Below are positions 27,304 through 40,560 of a DNA stretch of 64,000 nt, in pieces (the stretch's first letter is position 1; every line of letters starts with the position of its first letter). The DNA lies in the NCBI GenBank assembly GCA_964016885.1, contig OZ024760.1, positions 26,040,001 through 26,104,000 on the forward strand, written 5' to 3'. A model generated the notes under the pieces. The model did no database searches and was not told the DNA's origin. It worked only from the letters and a program-made list of their open reading frames with translations. A program made the position numbers and the translations under genes. This DNA is from Eledone cirrhosa. Lineage: Eukaryota.

Positions 27304-30300
27304 GTGTGTGTATGTATGTGTGTGTGTGTATGTATGTATGTGTGTGTATGTATGTATGTGTGTGTATATATGTGTGTGTGTGTGTATATGTGTGTATGTG
27401 TATATATATATCCTACACCATCTTGATTTTGTATACACATATATATATATGTGTTTATACAAAAACAAGATGGTGTAGGACAGAACAAAGGAGAGAGACA
27501 AAATGAAATATAAAAACTTAGTCACTGAGGAGGACACAGAATGCGTGATGAAAGAGATTTGATAATATATAAACAACCATCCGGTTATTGAACCAACCAA
27601 CCGGAAATTTATAATAAATTGAAGTGAAAACCAACAGGTGTGTGTGTGTTTTTATTGGTAACATGTCCCTGCCGAACTGTAACTATATATATATATATAT
27701 ATATCTTCATCATTTCATTTTACGTCCGCTTTTCCCTGCTTGCAAGGGTGGGACGGGAAGTGATTTCTACAGCTGGATGCCCTTCCTAACACCAACCTCA
27801 TTTACAGTGAGTGCTGGGTGCTTTTTTGCCGTGGCAACTCCATGACGACTTTGCAGTGGAATGATAGGGACCCCAGTCTCTATCATCTCATTTCCACAGC
27901 TGAGTAAACTGGAGCAATGTGAAATAAAGTGTCTTGCTCAAGGAAACAACACATCACCCGGTCTGAGAATTGAACTCACAACCTTTCGATTGCAAGGCCA
28001 ATGCTCTAACCACTAATAAAAGGAAAGCACAAACGGCGGACATTCCCTTCTTCAGCTGTCTCCGGCAGACAACTGAAGAAGGGATCTGTCTCTTTTTTGT
28101 GCTTTCTTTTTATTTCTAAATACACTTTCTCAAGTAACCATACAGCCGCTTGTTTCTTCAAAGCTTTTATCTAATATATATATGTGTGTGTGTGTATGAG
28201 CAGATATTTTATGATGGCGAATCAAGAGGCACTGATCAACATTTTTTATTCCTTACAAATTGTTTCATCCAACTAGGACGACACCGTTCATCTCTTACAG
28301 AATGGAAGTAAATTCTATCTGTATACATCCATAAATATGCCCTAATATGGAATCTTCAGAGGAAAAATAAATTGATGTCAGAAAAGGGATAAGGATGAAC
28401 AATTTGGTTTACAAAATAACAAACGCGAAAAATACTGCTGAATATCATCAAGCTTGCAGAAAATAATAAAGAAATCGCTAGCCATCTTGTCTGTCTTACA
28501 TTCAATGTGTTTACAAAGGGAGACAACAAGTCAAGGGAAGATAAATCAGACACAGATTCATAACTAATATGTAAGTATGTACATTTGTACTGGCAAAATC
28601 ACAAATACAGACACACTAGTACACATACATACATAGCATATATAAAACGCAATATTTATACACATATACACACACCTATAGAAATTATGTAAATCTTTAT
28701 TTACAGTGATAATAATAATAATAATTGTTTCTACTTTTGGCACAAGGCCAGCAATTATACCAGTACATTACTGGTACTTTATTTTTATTTTATCGACCCT
28801 GTAAGGATGAAAGGCAAAGTTAACCTCGGCGAGATTTGAACTCAGAATGCAAAGGGCCGTAACTATGCTGCAAAATATGGCGTCCGACCCTCTACCGATA
28901 CTGCCAATCCACCGCCCTTAATAATAATAATAATAATGGTTTTCATATAGGCACAAGGCCAGTAATTTAGGAGGAGGGGAAGTCGATTAAATCGATCCCC
29001 AGTGTGTTACTGGTACTTTATTTTATCGACCCCGTAAAGATGAAAGACAAAGTTAACCTCGGCGGGATTTGAACCCAGATCATAAAGGGACGTAACTCTA
29101 TGCTCCTAAGCATGGCGTCCGGCTCTCTGCCAATCTACTGCCCCAATAATAATAATGACAATATTGAAAAAAAAAAGAAAAAAGAATAGGAAATTATAGA
29201 AAGAAAATAAAACAGGAAGGGAAGGGAATGAACACTAGTGTCGCAGAAGAGAGGGGAGGGGTGAAGGGGCTTTGGGCCTAGGACATGAGGACAAGGGCTG
29301 CAGCCCACGGACAAGACCACAAAAGCATTAATAAACCCAACACTAATTATATTATCAAATACTTGTCAAGCATTCAAGAAATTAATCATTTCAAAATATA
29401 TAAAGGTAAATTGCTAAACATACTTTATACCTGTCTATGTCGACCATTTTATTTTACCCCCACAAACTATTATGGGGATAAATCCCCTATAATTTGGAGA
29501 ACTAAAGGAGTGCTTACAGTAATTATGTTGTATTTAAATATACAGAAGATATCTTATTAGTAAGCACCAGCCAAATCAGCCTTCTGGCTTAACACAGACT
29601 TTAGATATATATATACGGTATATTGCCAAATATACTATACATACATTCATGTATACATCGCTATTTCAGAGTACCAATACTAATACCTAATAGTTGCTGG
29701 ACCGGCAATCGGTCTGTATAATCAGCTCCTTATTATTACTGGAATTAGCAGAAAACCACCCGCAGGGTGGTTTTCTACTTGCATGTGTAGTGTGTATATT
29801 GATATTATACGCAAGTATATATACATGTAGATATGATACATCAAATAAAATCGTAATTGACAATATACACAGAAATTGCACGAAGATGTTGTTACACTGT
29901 CTTATGTAATCAGTAACGTAATCCATGATACATTAAAAAAAGACGATATTATATATAAACTGCATTAGGAGAAAATTAGTATGTTTATTTAAGTGATCGC
30001 CACTGGAAGTGTTGCCATCACACACTCTCTATTTCTATATATATGCTAGTTGAAGTGGTGGTGGTGGTGGCAATGATATACCGGAAGTGCAACTTTGAAA
30101 AGAAGTCAATTTTAAATTATTTATTTTAACAAAATTATTTTTGTTTACGAAATTTAGTAGATAAATTATGTAATATTCATTCATTATTTATTCAAAGTAA
30201 TCCAACTTATTTTACTAGCGGGATAAAAATAAATAAACCGTACGCAGTCCCGCAGACTTTCCTTCATTATAGTTTAGATTCTGTAAGAATCCAGCTTCTT

Positions 30301-30497
30301 TAATTTTCGGTGGAGACAAGGGAGTGTGTGGTTTTGATAAACGCCAACAAGTGAGAAACAAGCTGTCAATCACTCTCCCTTTATTTTCACCGAAAACAAG
30401 TAAGCGGCATAGTCACTACTTTAAAACTAATAGCGAATAGTCTTCTAAATGTTTTTAATTAAAAATACGGTATATTGCCAAATATACTATACATACA

Positions 30498-30544
<47 letters not shown>

Positions 30545-30879
30545 TCATCATTTTACGTCCGCTTTTCCCTGCTTGCAAGGGTGGGACGGGAACTGATTCT
30601 GGCTTGATTTCTACAGCTGGATGCCCTTCCTAACACCAACCTCATTTACAGTGAGTGCTGGGTGCTTTTTTGCCATGGCACCTCCACGATCACTTTGCAG
30701 TGGAATGATATGGACCCCAGTCGCTATCATCTCATTTCTACAGCTGAGTAAACTGGAGCAATGTGAAATAGAGTGTCTTGCTCAAGGAAACAACACATCA
30801 CCTGGTCTGAGAATTGAACTCACAACCTTTCGATTGCAAGCCCAATGCTCTAACCACTAAGCCATGTGCCTCCATATGG

Positions 30880-32460
30880 GTCTGTGTTTGTCTGTCCCAG
30901 TGGTGTGGGTGCGAACTCCATCGAATGCTCCCAATGCAAGCTATGGGTCCATAATAGGTGCAGTGGTATCACTGGGAAACTAGTTACTGATTCAAAGTAC
31001 ATTTGTCGTAGGTCTCGGGGTGTCGCCAACCTAGTGGATAGTCGATTTGATACGCATGTGGATGTGGAAGGCTCCTTCTGTTACCTGGGTGACATGATCT
31101 GTGCTGGTGGAGGCTGTGAACGTGCTGTTGCTTCTCGCTGCTGTGTTGCATGGGGCAAATTCAGAAAGCTGTTGCCCATCCTTACTTCAAGGCACATCTC
31201 TTTCAAGGTTCGTGGCAAAGTGTTTTCTGCTTGTGTTGGCTCCGCCATGCTTCATGGCAGTGGGACATGGGCTCCAAATGCCTCAGATCTGCAACAGCTC
31301 AGGCGAAATGATCATGCCATGATTAGGTGGATCTGTGGCACCAAATTGAAAACTGAGACCTCTTCGACCGTGCTCCACCAGATGAGATCACTGCTGTCCT
31401 TCGCACACAACGTCTCTGTTGGTACAGACATGTACAGCTAGCCACGTCATGCATCAACTCCATCACTTACTTGGCAATCCCTGGCACTAGAGATGGCGAC
31501 AGACTAAGGAAGAACAGTGCTCCACCAGAAGCTGGGTGTGGATGAGATCACTGCTGTCCTTTGCACACACAATGTCTCTGTTGGTACAGACATGTACAGC
31601 TAGCCATGTCATGCATCAACTCCATCACTTACTTGGCAATCCCTGGCACTAGAGATGGCGACAGACTAAGGAAGAACAGTGCTCCACCAGAAGCTGGGTG
31701 TGGATGAGATCACTGCTGTCCTTTGCACACACAATGTCTCTGTTGGTACAGACATGTACAGCTAGCCATGTCATGCATCAACTCCATCACTTACTTGGCA
31801 ATCCCTGGCACTAGAGATGGCGACAGACTAAGGAAGAACAGTGCTCCACCAGAAGCTGGGTGTGGATGAGATCACTGCTGTCCTTTGCACACACAATGTC
31901 TCTGTTGGTACAGACATGTACAGCTAGCCATGTCATGCATCAACTCCATCACTTACTTGGCAATCCCTGGCACTAGAGATGGCGACAGACTAAGGAAGAA
32001 CAGTGCTCCACCAGAAGCTGGGTGTGGATGAGATCACTGCTGTCCTTTGCACACACAATGTCTCTGTTGGTACAGACATGTACAGCTAGCCATGTCATGC
32101 ATCAACTCCATCACTTACTTGGCAATCCCTGGCACTAGAGATGGCGACAGACTAAGGAAGAACAGTGCTCCACCAGAAGCTGGGTGTGGATGAGATCACT
32201 GCTGTCCTTTGCACACACAATGTCTCTGTTGGTACAGACATGTACAGCTAGCCACGTCATGCATCAACTCCATCACTTACTTGGCAATCCCTGGCACTAG
32301 AGATGGCGACAGACTAAGGAAGACATGGTTGGAGTGCGTGAAGAGTGATTTGTATAATTAGAACTTGGCCGATGTCGATACTATGAACAGAAATTCATGG
32401 AGAGCGGCTGTGAGACCTCAGAGTCCATGACAACCACAGCACCCTAAACACCAAAATTGG
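30880..32460 (+). mobile_element. RTE-clade LINE 3' fragment whose C-terminal part is amplified as a 162-bp tandem repeat (about 6 copies, 31370-32325)
   Basis: GVGANSIEC..CKLWVH.RCSGI, FCYLGD and AWGKFR.LLP motifs; units at 31541, 31703, 31865, 32027 and 32189. Confidence 0.88.
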
Positions 32461-32644
32461 ATATGAATGGTGTGTGTGTGTATAATTAATTACAACAGAG
32501 ACATATACAGGTACTTAAGTTTTGTTGGATTATAAACCCCCAATTCATTCAGTCTGGTATAAAAATAAAGATGGCCTCAGGTGGTTGAATATAATTTCTT
32601 TTAGGAAGATTATCCAAGAGCTGTTCAAAGGCAGATAACTTTGG

Positions 32645-33087
32645 TTAACCCTTTAGCATTTACATTACTCTATTTTTACTATTGTATTTTCACAGTAAAC
32701 ACTTTATTTCACACATTATCTTACATAATATCGAATCTACGAGATTTTGATATTATCTATTTTGAGAACAACACCTTAACATAAGTATCAGCAGCTGGTT
32801 ATGGCTGGTTTGAACAGAAAGAGGTGAGAGAATTCTGACCAGATACGGCCAGTTTAAATGCTAAAGAGTTAACACACATTATAAATCCATGTAGCATTCA
32901 CATTACTCTATATATACTATTATATTTTCATGGTAAATGCTTTATCTCACATAATACCGAATCTATGAGATTTTGAAAGTATTTATTTTGAGAACAATAC
33001 CTTAACATCAGTTTGAGTGACCGGTTACAACAAAAAAAGGTAGAGAATTCTGGCTGGTTTTGGCCGGTTTGAACATTAAAGGGTTAA
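32645..33087. mobile_element. Two tandem unexpanded piggyBac-type MITE copies
   Basis: ttaaccctttagcattt...aaatgctaaagagttaa; the second copy ends aaagggttaa. Confidence 0.65.
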
Positions 33088-33152
33088 ATTTAAAAAAAAA
33101 CACAAAATATCAACAAAGAAATAAAAAACTTCACATCTATGACTTCACATAC

Positions 33153-33322
33153 CTAATTTCTTTTCAGCTTTTTTCCGCAATTCTAGAATCTTTAATTCAC
33201 CAAATTTATATGCACAGGCCTGGCCAGGAACCGTGATGTAGCGATCCACTTCAATGGACGCTTGCTTCTCACTCAGACCTGTGAAGTTGGTCAAAAGATC
33301 GATGCCTTCTTGACGGCTCATT
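33153..33322 (-). CDS. DUF885-family protein exon (MSRQEGIDLL...EVDRYITVPGQACAYKFGELKILELRKKAEKKLG)
   Basis: Hallmark EVDRY...PGQA.AYK.GELKI motif; cctcag acceptor and gtatgt donor. Confidence 0.95.
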
Positions 33323-33554
33323 CTGAGGTTTTAGAGAGAGAGGGAGAGTGATATGGATAGAGTAGTGTATTAGTGAATGAGCACATGATTATATATATAA
33401 ATTATTATATATACATACATATATGTGTGTGTGTGTGTGTGTGTAACATAAGTGTATATATATATTACACACATATATATATATACATATTTTACACACA
33501 CACACACATATACATATTACACACACATATATATATATATATAGAGAGAGAAAT

Positions 33555-33600
33555 GGCTTCTACAGGAGTAGAACTGTTTCATTCAGAATAAATCATCAGG
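33555..33600 (-). ncRNA. Type I hammerhead ribozyme, family B, in fold-back 33547-33650
   Basis: CUGAUGA-..-GAAA-CAG uucuacuc CUG-UA^GAAGCC; the 5' arm of stem I is truncated. Confidence 0.55.
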
Positions 33601-33824
33601 ATGGTTTCTTCCGAATGAAACAGTTCTAGTCCTGTAGAAGCCATTTCTATATTAAATATATATATATATCAAAAGTGGAAGTATACAATCAAATCACAAA
33701 GGAGAATAGAGAGAGGCTTAGATTGTGTTTGTCTATATATATACTTTACATAATCACACACATATATATATCTGAAACATACACAAAAGACACATTGGTC
33801 AATGTAGTTCCTAAATTAAAAGGA

Positions 33825-34730
33825 AATCTTTGATCATAGGCCTGCTTGATCAATGTTGATCTGGGACTAAACAGCAACATATTTCATCATTTGCTTGCTG
33901 GATCAGTATTGACTTGTGCTAAACAACTTTGATCATAAGAATTCTGGATCAGTTTTGATCTAGGCTTAACAACAACTTTGATCATAAGAATTCTGGATCA
34001 GTTTTGATCTGAGCTTAACAACACTTTTTAGCATATGACTGCTAGATCAGTGTTAATCTGAGCTAAACAACAACTTTGATCAAAGGACTGCTTGATCAGA
34101 ATTGATCTGGGGTTAACAATGCTTTAATCACTGGACTACTGGATCAGTGATAACCTGAGTCCTAGCAGTAAAACACCTGATCATAGGCTTAGTGGATGAG
34201 ACAATCTGGAGTTAAACGCAACAGAACCTTTGATCATGGGTTTGCTGGTTCAGAGATAACTTGAGCCTAGATAAGAACATATTTTATCATAGGCCTGCTG
34301 GAATAGGTTTATTAAATTAAATAAGAACATCTTTTATCATAGGCCTTCTGGATTAGGTATTGATCTGAGATTAAATGACAGCCACATCTTTGATCATAGG
34401 TCTACCAAATTAGGTGTTGATCTGGGATTAAATGACAGCCACATCCTTGATCATAGGTCTGATAGGTTAAGTCTTGATCTAGGATTAAATGACAGCCACA
34501 TCTTTGATCATAGGTCTGCTGGATTAGGTGTTGATCCAGTATTAATTGACAGCCACATCCTTGATCATAGGTCTGATAGGTTAAGTGTTGATCTAGGATT
34601 AAATGACAGGCATATTATTTAGTATAGGTCTACCACACCAATGACAACCCATAAACTGAACAGCAATATTTGATCATAATCACACTGAATAAGGCCTGAT
34701 CCTGGCTTCAATACCATTATTATTGATCAG
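33825..34730. repeat. Degenerate 50-60-bp tandem repeat
   Basis: Recurrent tttgatcatagg..ctgctggatcag..ttgatctg. Confidence 0.75.
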
Positions 34731-34796
34731 AAATGTTGGCTGAATGAGAGAAAAAACGAGCTAAACAACAACATCAATAATATCTTTGATACTCAC

Positions 34797-34868
34797 TGTT
34801 TTGCATGAAGACCTGTATCAATGACTAGACGGTAAGCTCGTAGAAGCTCAAATGCCAAGCGACCAACC
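34797..34868 (-). CDS. DUF885-family protein exon (VGRLAFELLRAYRLVIDTGLHAKQ)
   Basis: Hallmark RA.RLV.DTGLH motif; ttatag acceptor and gtgagt donor. Confidence 0.93.
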
Positions 34869-36020
34869 CTATAATAAAAATATAAACAGATATAGATATT
34901 TATATAACATTTGTAAATGTTGTGCATATAGTCATGGAGATTTTTATAGTATAATATGATTGAGATAATTTATTTGGATCTATCTATATACATATATATA
35001 TGGTGCTATTAAGTTAGACATGGCCTGGGCCACTAATGGCAGAAACCTATATCAAAGTTATATATATATACACACACATGCACATGTATATATCACCCTC
35101 TCTCTATAAAGTTGGTACCACAACATCCAGTCCAAATAAATGAGATCGAGATCGTGTAGGTGTCACGAGAAAAAAAACACAGTCCACGCTGTAATGTGGC
35201 CGTGTAGGTAACACGGTAAAAAGTTCCCAGTTCCACACTGTAAATGTGGTTGGTGTTAGGAAGGGCATCCAGCCGTAGAAAAACCTGCCAGATAGTCCTA
35301 TATGAGCGAGACACGGTCACCCAACCAACCTTGCCTCACGTGGGACAATTCCCGTCTAACCCATGCTAGCGTGGAAAGTGGATGTTAAACGAAGATCATG
35401 ATGATGATGATGATGATATACACACACTCACACATATATGTATATACATAAATATATATATATATAATAGGGTATAAGTATCGTAAGAGATGAGGAAGCA
35501 GAGAAATGCGATACAGAATACTAGCCCATCTGGGAGAAACATGTATAAGAGCTATAACTTGTTTTAACGGCTTGTAACTCCTTTATTCATTCATTCATAT
35601 GCTTATATATATCATCATCATCATCATCATCATCATTTTACGTCCGCTTTTCTCTGCTTGCAAGGGTGGGATGGGAACTGATTCTGGCTTGATTTCTACA
35701 GCTGGATGCCCTTCCTAACACCAAACTCATTTACAGTGAGTGCTGGGTGCTTTTTTTTCCGTGGCACCTCCAAGTCCACTTTACAGTGTGGGCTGGGGGC
35801 TTTTTTGCCGTGGCACCTCCATGACCACTTTACAGTGGAATGATAGGGACCCCCAGATCCTATCATCTCATTTCTACAGCTGAGTAAACTGGAACAATGT
35901 GAAATAAAGTGTCTTGCTCAAGGAAACAATACATCACTCGGTCTGAGAATTGAACTCACAACCTTTCGATATATATATATAAATATGCACACACTCATAT
36001 ATGTGTATATATATATATAT

Positions 36021-36180
36021 CTAGGGCGAGTAAAATTCCCGAGATCCATGGACGAGTTCTCTCCAGCGGTCTCTGTCCCTCATTATCGCTGCCATGTCCT
36101 GCGTCTCCAACAGACCAGTGTCTGTCCTTAGGGCATCAACATACGTTAACCTTGGACTTCCTCTTCCAGTGTGTCCATGT
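36021..36180 (-). mobile_element. RTE-like LINE 3' end
   Basis: Near-identical to 10667-10825. Confidence 0.85.
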
Positions 36181-36670
36181 ATATTGTTATATTTGGAGAG
36201 GGTCATGTTGTTATAATATTGCCAGAAATAACCTTGCAAATCAAATATATGTGTGTGTGTGTGTGTGTGTGAGTATGTGTAGGCAGAGTCATTAGAACAT
36301 CAGATAGAATTCTTAGCAGTATTCGTTCCAGCTCTCTTCTCTCTCTCAGTTCAAATTCCACCAATGTCAACTTTTGTCTTTCATGCATTTTGAGGTTGAT
36401 TAAAAAAAGTACCAATCGATTCTTCTATGTCTGTTTCGCATTTCCATTCTCTATCTTTCTCTGGAAGAGTACTGCTATCTAAAAAGTGGAGAGGCGGTGG
36501 ACTTGGCCAGGAGTAAAACATGCCCGAGATACACTGTATGTCAATATGGTGACTCTATGACTCTCTCAGGATGTACGGGCCCATACCATGCCACACCACA
36601 TCATCTTTTTTCCCATCTTTCATCATCCATCGTGTAAATGTGAAATAGAAAATGGTGTTGTACTACTTAC

Positions 36671-36735
36671 AAGTCATAGTCTGTTTTGTAAAGACCCATC
36701 TCTTCTCCGAGATACTCACAATATAAGCCCCAGCC
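36671..36735 (-). CDS. DUF885-family protein exon (GWGLYCEYLGEEMGLYKTDYDL)
   Basis: Hallmark EGW.LY.E motif; tttcag acceptor and gtaagt donor. Confidence 0.93.
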
Positions 36736-37388
36736 CTGAAATAAATATCATAAGTTTAAATCATCTATATATAAATTTGAGCAACTTCTGTCCATCCGTC
36801 CATCACACAATGTGTGTGTGTGTATATATATTTGTGTGAATGTATGTGTGGGTAAAAGGAAGAAAGGAGATGATGAAAAAACTATAGCAAAACAGTGGCT
36901 GATGTTCCATTTGCTACGCTGTGTGTGAGTATGTGTATGTGTGTGTTTTTTGCGTGAATTTATGTCTGAGTGTGTATTTTTGTAAGTGTGTCTGTGTTTT
37001 CACGTTTATATTTATATACATAAGTGATTAGGCATACATATAAATGTATGCGGAAGAAGAACCATCAATCTGTTACGAAACTGGACAGGTTGGCTCTATG
37101 CACGATGATGCCTCTGGAATCGCTGACCTAGGATGACTACAGTTTCACTGAGCAAGAGCAAGCAGAATAAGATTTAACGCATTTTTTTAACTGTGTGAAC
37201 TGGAGTAAAATGAAATAAAATATCTTGCTCAAAGACACAACGGGCCATTAAGCATCAAATACATGATTGTGAACAAAACATTCTAACAAGAGAGTCAAAC
37301 ATCTTCACACAGTACATTAGTAGCACAGTAAGTACCACCTACAGGTAAAAATAAAACCTCATGTTTATATAGAAGAAGAATGACTTAC

Positions 37389-37496
37389 CTCAAGATAGGC
37401 GGAGTAGAAGGGAAACTGGTATGGTATCATGAAAAAATCCATGACGCTGCCTTTGATCTGCCACGATTGCTCTTTAGATCTTGCCATATAACTGAA
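37389..37496 (-). CDS. DUF885-family protein exon (FSYMARSKEQSWQIKGSVMDFFMIPYQFPFYSAYLE)
   Basis: ttacag acceptor and GAG|gtaagt donor; leads into EGWGLY. Confidence 0.9.
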
Positions 37497-37693
37497 CTGT
37501 AATTTAAATGTAGATAATATATACATATACATACTTTGTGAACACTGCAAACATTCTGAACAGCATGCCACTACAACCATCATCCTTATTCTGAAGAAAA
37601 GGCTAGGAAAGTCTCAAAACATTAACTCTTAATGTTTTGTACCACATGAAACCACACTAGCAAGACGTTCATGAACAGTAAAAGAAAAACGAA

Positions 37694-38230
37694 CTACGAG
37701 GGTGCTTCAAAAAGTTCGTGGAAAAAGGACAGTTGAAAAAACAGTTTAAGTTATGTGTTTATTTTTCAACATATGCTCCAGCTAGGCTAATACACTTCTG
37801 CAAGTGTTGATACCAGTCTTTAAGTCCATCTGTGTGGCTATGCTATTTAAACCATGTCAAAGCAGATTTTTTTTACGTCTTCAACTGGGGATCATCTTTA
37901 ACCTCATCTCTTCTCCTTCTAAAACGACTTATCCATTTGTAGGTTACTAATTTCTTTGGGGCATTGTCCCCATAAACTTGCTCCAGAGCGTCAATGGTTT
38001 GGCTGCTCTTCCACCCAGCTTCACCGTGAATTAGATGTTTTGATGCTTTAATAGAGGCCATGTTGCTCGAGTGGCTGCTGATTTCGGACTGGCAGCACAG
38101 CGTTGCAACATGCATTTAAGGGTTCATGCTGGAACATGTCATGACACGTTATTACGAGAACGTACAGGTGCATTGAGATCAAAACCCCTGCATATGATAT
38201 TTAGCTATATACTTTTTCCACAAACTTTTC
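37694..38230 (-). mobile_element. Internally deleted mariner transposon (transposase N-terminal HTH remnant)
   Basis: ORF 37873-38115 reads GWKSSQTIDALEQVYGDNAPKK...YKWISRF; TIR tacgagggtgcttcaaaaagtt. Confidence 0.8.
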
Positions 38231-38683
38231 ATTGCAATTTTGTAGATGTCTCGGCGGCCTAGTTGGGGGAATCATAGACGATGGTGATCCAGGTCTGAAG
38301 TTTGATCCTGGTCGAGAGTAGGGTTCCCGGTAAACCTTTTCAGTTTTTTTCTATGGGATGTAAAATAAAAACTGAAGATTACATGTACCGCTTGACTAGG
38401 ATTGAAGCCAAGTCCCGGCTCTCCACCGTCTCTAGTACCTACCGCTAGGCCACTGAGACAACTACGAAAATCTTATGAAAATTCATATTTATAAACCTAC
38501 CTTCAATATTTTCAAAATAAAATGATGTGGTGTTCTTCATGTCTTTCTTCATGTCCTACTTAAGGTCGACATCTAAATCATTTGGGTGTTCCATAAACTA
38601 CATCGTTTTGTTTCTCATCTATCTAGACTATATTTTAACCTGTAATCCATGTTTCATTTCTGTTACACCTCATTTCTCCCCCC

Positions 38684-38749
<66 letters not shown>

Positions 38750-39021
38750 TTCTCTCTGTGATATTTGAATCTACTATTATTTGGGCTTAGGGTTAGGCAT
38801 ACATATATATATATGGGATATCGTTTAAGGTAATCCACTTATAGGTTGTAAGTACTCTGTACTATGGATAGTTTTAACTTACGGCGTTGTTTGACTCAAC
38901 AAGAGGTTTCCTTAGTTAGGTAGCGAGTTCGCAAGAATTCCCATGCAGGTTATTCTTGGAGTAATAGTGGTGAAAGAGTGAAGAATAACATGGTCGGATG
39001 TACAAAAGGGTTTTATTTACA

Positions 39022-39089
39022 GTATTAACAATTGTTTCATTGATCAGATGAGTCTAAAGGCCGCTGATCACTCGAAATCATCGGAATAC
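39022..39089 (-). ncRNA. Hammerhead-like motif, family E (core CCGAUGA)
   Basis: GUAUU-CCGAUGA-..UGAUCAG..CUGAUCA..-GAAA-CAAUUG-UU^AAUAC. Confidence 0.55.
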
Positions 39090-39094
39090 TCAAT

Positions 39095-39205
39095 GTATTC
39101 CGATGATTTGATCAGAGACATACACTGCATTTAAGGTCGAGTGACACAATTTCGAGTAATCAGTGGCCTTTAGACTCACCTGATCAATGAAACAATTGTT
39201 AATAC
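39095..39205 (+). ncRNA. Hammerhead-like motif, family E, extended stem II
   Basis: GUAUU-CCGAUGA-UUUGAUCAG...CUGAUCAAU-GAAA-CAAUUG-UU^AAUAC. Confidence 0.55.
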
Positions 39206-39252
39206 TGTAAATAAAACCCTTTGTGTACAGCCGACCATGTTATTCTTCACTC

Positions 39253-39322
<70 letters not shown>

Positions 39323-39333
39323 TAACAGATTAA

Positions 39334-39384
39334 AGTTTAAGCAAAGAATCGCTGCTTTCACCCTTAACGGGATCTTCTGAAACT
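39334..39384 (-). ncRNA. Hammerhead-like motif, family C (core CAGAAGA)
   Basis: Reverse complement of 5404-5454. Confidence 0.55.
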
Positions 39385-39686
39385 AAAAAAGTCAATCTGT
39401 GAATGCAGAAGTAAATATTTCAAAAAACGTTGCAACCGAAGGAAACGTAATTACTTGGATTGGCAGTATCGGTAGAGGGTCGGACGCCATGCTTTGAAGC
39501 ATAGAGTTACCTCCCTGTATGATCTGAGTTCAAATCCCGCCGAAGTTAACTTTGCCTTTCATCCTTACGGGGTCGATAAAATAAAGTACCAGTAATGCAC
39601 TGGGTAATTGATGGCCTTGTGCCAAAAGTAAAAACAATTATTACTATATATATATATATATATATATACACATTATATATATATAT

Positions 39687-39737
<51 letters not shown>

Positions 39738-39768
39738 CAGAAAAGGTAACTGTTTGAAAAAGGCTCAC

Positions 39769-39829
39769 CTGAAAGTGGTGACCAGGATTTGCTTCATGCA
39801 ACGCTAGGGCTGTCATCTCATATGTGGGC
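39769..39829 (-). CDS. DUF885-family protein exon with metal-binding-like motif (PTYEMTALALHEANPGHHFQ)
   Basis: Hallmark HExxPGHHxQ motif; ttctacggcag acceptor and CAG|gtgag donor. Confidence 0.93.
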
Positions 39830-39879
39830 CTGCCGTAGAAGAAAGAAGACATTGATTCAGTACTGGTTTGTTGGTAAGA

Positions 39880-40560
39880 CCCCTTCCACCTCTTGTGGAA
39901 CATGCTGTAGGCAGTCATTAGCTTCCTAGTCTTTCTATCCATTTCTTTTTGTTCAGTAACATTCCATTTCGGAATTCCCGCACTGTACCTAATAATAGAC
40001 ACAGCTCGGGAATTTACTGCACTTATGACATTCCTACTATTTAGATGTGATTTTAGTATGTTCCTTACTCTCCTTATGTATTTAGATCTTATCAATTCCT
40101 TCATTTTATTGTTCTTGGTGTCATCTGCCTCCAGAACACCTAAATATTTGTATCCCTCTTCAGTGTCAATTTCCTTTATCATCTCACCTGTTGGTACCTG
40201 GATTCCGTTGCTTCTGCTCAATTTACCCTTCTTCATCACTAGGACTCCACACTTATTAACACCAAATTCCATACATGTATCATTGTTGAAAATACGAACA
40301 GTGTCAACAAGCACATCCAACTCCTTCTCACTCTTCCCAAAGAGTTTTAGGTCGTCCATGAAGAGGAGGTGGTTGATGGTATGCTCTCCTCTTCCCAGCT
40401 TGCATCCTGCTTTCAGTTTTCGCAATATGAGAGACAAGTGTATAAGATTAAGGACAAACAACAAAGGGGACAAACTATCTCCTTGGAGGATACCTCTCTT
40501 GATCTTCTCTCCTCCCAAGGATTCTCGACTTGATGTTAGTTCTGTCTTCCAGCTGGGTGA
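39880..40560 (-). mobile_element. R4/Dong-like non-LTR retrotransposon RT fragment
   Basis: GILQGDSLSPLLF, INHLLFMDDLKLF, MEFG..KC and YKYLGVLEAD motifs. Confidence 0.82.

Noticed and set aside
20950-30900. The minus-strand RTE stops at KWPCSVC and the plus-strand RTE fragment starts at VC.SGVGANS, as if one element were split by a 10-kb inversion
   Set aside because: The interval contains the DUF885 terminal exon in the same orientation as the other exons, so an inversion is incompatible with the gene. Two independent insertions are more likely.
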